Positions 45,805 through 53,428 of a DNA stretch of 53,428 nucleotides are shown piece after piece. The stretch is from assembly GCA_001724265.1 (NCBI GenBank), contig MEDY01000288.1:1-53428 (forward strand), read 5' to 3'. This DNA is from Rhizaria sp. SCN 62-66 (taxonomy: Eukaryota). Below the pieces are notes generated by a model, which ran no database searches, was not told the DNA's origin, and saw only the letters and a program-made list of their open reading frames with translations. The translations under genes were made by a program, and so were the position numbers. Each line of letters begins with the position of its first letter. Position 1 is the first letter of the stretch.

Positions 45805-46871
45805 ATGTCGCTAAGCTCTGGGCCCCTGTCGACCGACGCTCGCGGTCCGGCTCCGTCGTCGGGTCCGCTCATCGAGATGTCAGAAGCTGCCTCCCACCAC
45901 AAAAACGCGTCCCCCGAGTTATCCTCTGTTCCTCTCAGCTTCGTCCGCTCGCAGCAGAATCTTCTCGACGCCGCAGTCGCCACCACGCACAGCCCCACGC
46001 TGCCGAAGCAGCCCTGGCTCCCGTCCCCCGCGCGGCCTCTCGCGCAGACACAGGCGCAGGGACAGCAGGGCCTCCGCTCGCAGTCGGACGACGCCTCACT
46101 CCAGCAGCAGCTGCAGCTGCAGCCCCCCGCGCAGCACCAGGGCTCTGGCGCCCCCTCACCCTCCGCGGGTGCGCTAAACTCGAGTAGATCCGGCGGCAAC
46201 CCGAACAACAGCAACGGCAACCCGTTCATGGCGCCGCACATGCCCGACTCGTCGCTCTTTGCCAGCTCCTCCCCGGCCATCTCAATTGGCTCCAGCAACC
46301 CGCGCATCCACCCCGGCGGCCCCAACAACAGCAACAACGCCGGCAACGTAGTGAACCCCTACTACTCCCCTGCGCCGAGCGTAGCCGTCGCCACTACGTG
46401 CCCGCTCTCGTCTCCCGCACTCGGCTCCGACCACGGCGGGCTGTTTGCCAGCCACGTCGCGCTCAGCAACGCCGGCGGCTACTCCGGCAACGGCGGCGGC
46501 AGCAACGCCGGCGGCGGCAGCGGCGGCGGCGGCTATATCGGTGGGCGCAACCTGACTGCGTCCGACGCCGATGGGGACATCTCGCTCCCCGCGGCCGGCA
46601 ACGGCAACGGCAACGGCAACATGGGCATGACGGGCTTCATGGGCTTCAGCAACTACGGCGGCAACAACAACAGCAACAACAGCAACAGCAGCGGCAAGCC
46701 ACAGTTCCGCGCGACGGGCAACGCGAGTCTCGACGCGGCGCTGGCGCAGAGCCACGGCCACGGCCACGGGTTCGGCGGCTACGGCAGCCACGGGAACCAC
46801 GGGACGCCGCAGCTGCACAGCTACAGCCACAGCAACAGGCTCTCGCCCACCGCGGCCCAGCAGCAGCAACT

Positions 46872-46903
<32 letters not shown>

Positions 46904-47382
46904 GCTTTGGCGGCTACGGCCGCGGCGGTAACGCGTCCAACGGCTCGAACACTTACAACGGCAACAGCAGCAACAACACCGCCGGCGTCAGTGGGAACAA
47001 CAACGGCGGGCTCAACATCGGCAGCCTCGGGCTCAGCAGTTACAACAGCAACAGCAGCAACAACGGCGGCAGCGGCAGCGGCGCGGTGACGACAGGTCTG
47101 GCCCCGACCCCGGTATCAGCGTCCTCGTTCCAGCCCCACATTTTCCCCAACAACAACAGCAACGGCAACGGCAACAACATCACTGTGGGCAACTCGCTTG
47201 ACGACGGCTCCGCGGTCAACAGCAACGGCAGCGGCAGTGGCAACGGCAACAGCGGCTCTGGCATGGTGATGGGCTACGTGTCGGACCGCTCCCTCACCAA
47301 CGGCAACAACAACAACAACGGCAACGGCAACAACGTGAACAGCAGCAACAGCAATGCGATGTCAACGTACCCTAGCTTCTCC

Positions 47383-47414
<32 letters not shown>

Positions 47415-47432
47415 CGACGCGCTGGCCGCCGC

Positions 47433-47463
<31 letters not shown>

Positions 47464-48573
47464 AGCGGCAGCCCGAACATGAACAATCTCGGCCTGTACG
47501 CCTCCGCGGCCGCGGCGGCGCACGCGCACCACCTGCAGGCCGCGCAGTTCCAGCTCCAGTTCCAGCAGCAGCAGCAGGCGCAGGCGCAGGCGCAGCAGCA
47601 GCACCAGGGCATGATGAACCACGCTGCCGTGGCCGCGGCCGCCGCCGCCGCCGCCGCAGCGGCCGCCGCTGCCGGCGTCTCTGGCTCGGCCGGCGCGGCC
47701 GGCGTGTCGCGCGTGCCGCGCGAGGTGCGGCTGCAGCGGCGCAACAACCGGTGCGAGAACCCCTTCTGGAAGACCAAAGTGTGCGCGTACTTCCTGCGCG
47801 GCGAGTGCAAGAAGACGGCCGACGACTGCGCCTTCGCTCACACGCACGCGCCCGCGGGCTCGGCCGCCGCCGCCGCCGCGGGCGCCGGCGCCAGCGGCGT
47901 GCCCAGCGCGGCTGCCGCGGCGGCGCAGTACGCCAGCTTTGCGGCCGGCGACATGTCCGCGGGGGGGCTCGGCGCCCTCGGTCAGGGCCAGGGCCAGGAC
48001 GGGGGGCAGGTGCAGTTCGACCAGTCGCCCTCGGCGTCGCCCTCGATGGCGCAGGCCTCGCTCGCGCACCATATCCAGCAGCAACAGCAACAGCAGCAGC
48101 AGCAGTTCTTGCACATGCAGATCCAGCAGCAGCATGCCGCCGCCGCCGCCGCCGCCGCCGCCACTGGCAGTAACAGCGGCCAGCGCCACCCTCACCAGCA
48201 GCAGCAGCAGCAGCTCGGCCGCACTCAGCCTCAACAGCCCGGCGCTGGCGCTGCAGCGGCGGGCGCGGCAACATCGGCGGCGGACGGCGGTTTGCTGGCG
48301 CTAGCGCAGAGCACGGCGCTGGAGCTGGCCGCGAGCCTGGGCGTCGAGGTTTCGGCCGTGTCGCCGCAGGCCATTGCCGCCGCCATGACCACAAAGGCCA
48401 TGGGCCACTTCCAGCAACAACAGCAGCAGATGATGCAGCAGCAGCAGCAGCAGCAGAACGACATGAGCGTCTCCGCGTCCCCCGCGGCCGCCACGCGTGG
48501 GCCCCTGCTCTCGGCCGGCTCGGGCTCCGTCGCGCCCTCGGTCGCGGGCTCCGGCAACGCCTCCAACTCAGAT

Positions 48574-48609
<36 letters not shown>

Positions 48610-49162
48610 CACCACCACCACCAGGGCCAGGGCCAGGGCCACAACGGTCACAACGGGCACCGTCGCAACGCGTCATCGTCGTCGCTCTCGTACCTGGGCC
48701 TCGCCAACAACAGCAGCAACGGCAAGAACGCGAACAGTAACACCAACAACAACGGCAACAACAACCGGCGCAACAACAACAGCAACAGCAACAACGCGAG
48801 CGCGAACGCTAACAACCCCGCTGCCGCGGCCGCTGCTGCTGCCGCTGCTGCGGCGAGTATGAACATGAACATGAACATGAACATGCTCAGCAACATGTCC
48901 CTGAACAACAACAGCAGCGGCGGCGGCGGGAACAACGCGGCCGCGCGCTCGGGCCCCGGTGCGAACCCGTTCTGGAAGACGAAGCCGTGCACGTACTTCA
49001 TGCAGGGCGACTGCAAGAAGACCGAGGCCGACTGCCCCTTCGCGCACCTGACCTTTGAGCAGCTCCAGATCATGCAGATGCAGCAGAAGCTTATCGGCGC
49101 CGCAAACAACAACACCGGCACCGCCAACGCGGGCAACACTGCCAACGCCATGTCGATGCAGT

Positions 49163-49204
<42 letters not shown>

Positions 49205-50121
49205 TTGTGGCGAACGCGCACGCGCAGCAGCAGCTGCAGCTGCAGTTCCAGATGCAGCTCTTACAACAGCATCAGCAGCAGCAGCAGCACAACAACAACT
49301 CTGCGCAGGCCGCGCTGCAGCAGCAGCTCGCAGTGCTCCAGCTCAACGGCAACAACGGCGCTGGTGCCAGTGCTAACGGGCTGAACTCGGCCTCGCCGGC
49401 CCCTGCCTCCGCCGCTGCCTACAACAACCAGTTCGGCAACAACAACGGCAACAACCATCAGCAGCAGCAGCAGCAGCAACAGCACTTCCTGCGTCCCTCG
49501 CGTAGCTTCGACGGCGTCACAGGCGCCAACTACAGCCTCGACCGCGACGGCCGCAGCCACAGCTTCGGCCCCCAACAGCAGCAGCAGCAGCAGCAGCAGA
49601 ACACGCTTGCAGTGCCCAACTCCAACTCCAACGGCAGCAACGACAACGGCGCTGGCTTGATGTCTGCGCTGGTGCCGCCCGCGCACAGCCACGATAACAG
49701 CAACAACAGCGTCAACAGTGCGAACGGCAACACCACTGGCAACGTCGGCGTCGGTGTGAGAAACTTCGGCGGCTTCGGTTACAACGAGTACGACTTCAGC
49801 GCCTTCAGCCTCAACCTCGACTTCTCGTCTATCAACAACACCACGCTGCCGCTCGCCACCACCGGCGCCGGCAACGGCGGCAGCGAAGCGCTCTACGCCT
49901 CGGCCGCGGCGGCCGCGGGCGTGACGCCTGCGTTCGGCGCCGCCAACAGCATGGGCATGGCCGCGCCGCCGGAGCTCAAGGCCGGCTCCGCGGGGCTCGG
50001 ACTCATGGGTAACCCCATGGGTGCCGGCATGGGACCCATGGGCGCCGTGAATGGCGGCTACACTCCCATGGGGCTGCTGATAGACCAGGACGAGCAGGCC
50101 TCCGTCATGCGCCACGCCTAA
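45805..50121 (+). CDS. N/Q/G-rich RNA-binding protein with two CCCH zinc fingers, ~1438 aa
   Basis: NPFWKTKVCAYFLRGECKKTADDCAFAH (~47758-47841) and NPFWKTKPCTYFMQGDCKKTEADCPFAH (~48964-49047). The start is chosen at the first ATG after a pyrimidine tract/CAG at 45774 and is uncertain. Ends in TAA. Confidence 0.88.
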
Positions 50122-53100
50122 GAGGACACTTAGACCCGTGTAAGTACTCCTAAGTACTCCGCTGTGATCTCATCTTTCTTCGACGAAGTGCTGCGCTGTC
50201 AGTCAACTATCAACTCAAGACTGGCTGCTGCCCCACTTTCCCGCCCACCGGCCCTCTCGCCTGTCGCGCTTTCACTCTACGTGCGTGCCTCAGTGCTTCC
50301 TGGCTAGCAAATTACAATAACTCGCTAGCTCTCAGTATACATTAAGGCAACCTCCTGACTTGTTGTTTGCCTTTCTTTTTTTGTTTGCCCAAAAAAGTGG
50401 AAAAATATTAACGTTAAGATTTTACTGTCTCGGACTTCCCTTCCACTACTTCTCGACTCCCACACTGCTTTTTACCAACCACATTACTGCTAGACTCAGA
50501 CTCAGACTCAGGCGTGTTAATGCGAAAACACAACATCAACACACACAAACGCAACGCCAATATATTCTGCAACGCAATGCATTCCTTTTGCTTTGCCTTG
50601 TCTTCCTGTCAAGCTTGTTTGCTTGCTGCATGCCCTCCGTCCGCTTCTATGCTTCGCTTGGCGTTCTCTGCAACGGCTTTGTTGTACGTGTTCACTGGCA
50701 TTGCTAACCTGGTTAGTTTTGATTGTGATCATGATTTGCTCTTAACTTTTCGTATATTGCTTCGCGTCGCGACGATTACCACATAAGCATAAGAAAAAAA
50801 ATCGCTTCAAATTCGCCTCGTGTAAAGATCAAAAATACCAAAACAAACACAAAACAAGATAAGATTATCACTACAATGACACACTATCTCTCACCCGCGC
50901 ACTTCAATTACTAAGACGATGACATATATCATCACTCGCGTGTGATTGATATTATGCACATCCTGTACAAACAAGAGAGGGCTCAGAAGCTTGCTGTTCT
51001 CCTTATCTCTCGCCCTTGTTGTCCCTTGCTGCTGCAAATGTCATTTGTTGCTGTGTGTTGCCACGATCAAACGGCTTTGAAAACAACGACTTGAAGTTGT
51101 TACAAACTTCAAGTTGTGAACACATCTCACTCACTCACTCACTCACTTCGCTCACGTTCAGTCCTGGCTAACCGACTGAGTGACTGCAGGCGCTGTGCTA
51201 GACTTGCTGCCGTTGATATAAGCTTTGCTGGGTTTGTCTCGCGGTGCGCCTCTAGTCAGAGTGTGTTTGTATTTCTCGTTTTCGCGCGTTTTTCGTGGTT
51301 TGTACACTCCCTTGCCGAGCATTGCGCTCGTTTTCTTTTGTGTGCTTCACTTTGTTGTCGCACACGCACCTATGAAAATAACTCGCGCGCGCAAACTTGC
51401 ACTCTCTCTCTTTTTTCATTCAGACCTTTGAATTGCCCAACCTGACTTGTTTGCCGTGCCGTTCATTTTAACTACACCTTCAAATTATAATTAGCTTACT
51501 TTAGCTATCATTCAACAAATTACTCTAAGCTGTAGTTTCTTTCTCAACCCCGTCCTCTCTGTCTGTTAACATTCACTGTGCGCGTACTGTATTTTCTGTG
51601 CTCAGAGTAACTAAATTCGTAGTGTTTTGTTTCACCTTGTCACTTGCGTTGTTGTATGGCAGCCTTCATATCACCGCTATGCTGTTTTATGAAAGAAACA
51701 ATTGCTTGTAGGTCAGTTTGCTTGGTCTGTCAGTGTCACTGTTATTCAATTTGTGTGTGTGTTGATATTGTGTTTTCGCCACGTTTACCTCGTCTTAGCG
51801 TACTCTGTGGTCTTGTGTGTTCGTCGACGGCCGAGGCAACACAATCAAGGAAACAACTCTCTCATGCACATTTACACTTGACTCTGACACGCTTACACAC
51901 GCACCACAAGCTAACCATGATTTGGCACAATCTCATCACTACCTCAACTCAAACCCTCAACTCACCCTCACAATTACACCACAACTTACGCATTCGTTGC
52001 TGCGATCTCTACTGCCTCCAACCAACCAATCCAAACCCAACTACGATAATTACAATCATAACTATCACCCACTCACTCCAACAACAAGGCGCATTCATGA
52101 CTGCACTGCCTGCGTCCGTGCCCCCCTTGTCTCTCTCTTTCTCTTTCACACTCACGCGATCTCTCCCCCCGTTACTCTGCTTGCTTTCACTTGTTACGCG
52201 CGCTCTTTACGTGCCTTTGCCTCCGTGTTTGTTTCTTTGTTTTTATCCTTGCATTGTAGTTGGTAGACTGCTTGCTTGTTTGCTCTTTTTTCTTTTCTGA
52301 AATAATCAATCCCCCCAAACGTGTCTTTGTGTTTATTTTTCGCTGTTTTGCGTTTCACAGCTTTGCTTTGCTTTGCTCTCGAGCCGGTTCGTGTGGCATC
52401 TCTTGTTGTCACGCCGATGGCTTGAAGTCCTCTATGTTTGATACTCCCATTTTGCCTTGGTTCTCTGTTTGTGCCATCACTTGGCTCATTTGTTACTCCT
52501 TGGTCCTGTTTATAGTTCTTTGTAATTTTGGTGTTTTTTTTTCTTGCAACAGCCACGCCTGTTCGTGTTTAATGTTCGTGAAGTTATTGTACTTATGTAC
52601 TCATTTGATAAGTTCTTACTTACTGTCAAAACATGTTAGCCACGCTCTATGTTGCACTACGCATGCTTCATAGCAACGTCTGGTGCGTCCGGCACAATGC
52701 TGTCGCCTGTGCCCCACTACGACGAACATATGAAGCCATGTGTGTGAAGTGCATTATATCTCGATGCGTGGCAAACTGTGTAATTTGTCTAGGTTCTCTC
52801 TCCCAAGTGACACCGTGATCTCTGCTTGCTAGGCTGTTTACTTCCTCTCTAGCTTGCTTGTTGGCTTGCTTTTTTCTTGCTACTAATCTGCGTACATTCG
52901 GCAATTCCACACACAAACGCTCAAACACCAAACATCGCGTCCAATCTGTTGCATCTGAACTCCTTTGCAACTCACGTCTCCACCTGGGTGACACTCGCAC
53001 AGGGCACGACATGTCGTTGTGCTCCTGGCTTGCCAGTCTCGTGTCTGGCTGTGGCTGTGTATGCGACGCAGTTGTGGTGTTTTTGGTCGTTGTTGTGGTC

Positions 53101-53350
53101 TTAGTCTTTCTTTCCTTTTCAAACCAACTCAACTCAACAATAACAACAAAAAATCACATCACTTTTATTTTGTTTCCTTTTCTGCAACAAAACCTGCTGG
53201 ACACGCGACTGGAACAACAACAACGACGTAAATGGTTGTCACAGTCACTGTTGTAACTGTGTGACTGAGACTGAGGCGGTGAGCAGCATGGTGACTCTCG
53301 TTTCGTGTCGAAACCTCCTTGAAGTCGCCTACACTCACACGCTCACACTT

Positions 53351-53363
53351 TCTCTCTCTCTCT

Positions 53364-53427
<64 letters not shown>
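53351..53427 (+). repeat. Compound (TC)n-(AC)~31 microsatellite at the window end
   Basis: Directly visible dinucleotide repeats. Confidence 0.95.

Positions 53428-53428
<1 letters not shown>

Noticed and set aside
2383-50115. Hundreds of long overlapping antisense and alternative-frame ORFs in the ORF track
   Set aside because: These are shadow ORFs expected from GC-rich, GCN-repeat coding DNA; they give Arg/Pro/Cys-rich translations without motifs.
53165-53428. Cys/Val-repeat ORF on the minus strand
   Set aside because: It is only the translation of the (AC)n microsatellite.

Overview
Gene-dense genomic DNA from a microbial eukaryote, with GC-rich exons, AT-rich introns and intergenic DNA, and GT-AG spliceosomal introns. 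I reconstructed 12 complete genes by hand. Ten are recognisable: NEMF/Rqc2, an HSD17B10-type SDR, an IKS1-family kinase, chorismate synthase, histone H2A.Z, acylaminoacyl peptidase, an organellar IF2-like GTPase, an RIIAD1-like protein, cycloeucalenol cycloisomerase and a two-CCCH N/Q-rich protein. The other two are large orphans. There is also a partial ORF at the left edge and a frameshifted relic that may derive from a DDE transposase. Gene content (cytosolic shikimate enzyme, cycloartenol-route sterol enzyme, RIIAD1) points to a probably flagellated protist that is neither animal nor fungal; this is inference and I cannot name the taxon. The top lead is that three ORFs listed separately at 6.6-11.9 kb form one continuous 1761-codon frame. 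It is broken only by two in-frame TAG codons, both in Gln-rich TAG-CAG contexts, while all 12 gene ends use TAA or TGA. This fits UAG read as sense (reassignment or readthrough), though pseudogenisation or base errors are not excluded. Other notable points are a GT(A/T/C)CG(T) splice-donor consensus, ATG-only first exons, an IF2 apparently lacking its fMet-tRNA-binding domain, and large low-complexity insertions inside conserved enzymes. Family assignments come from recalled motifs; no database searches were run.
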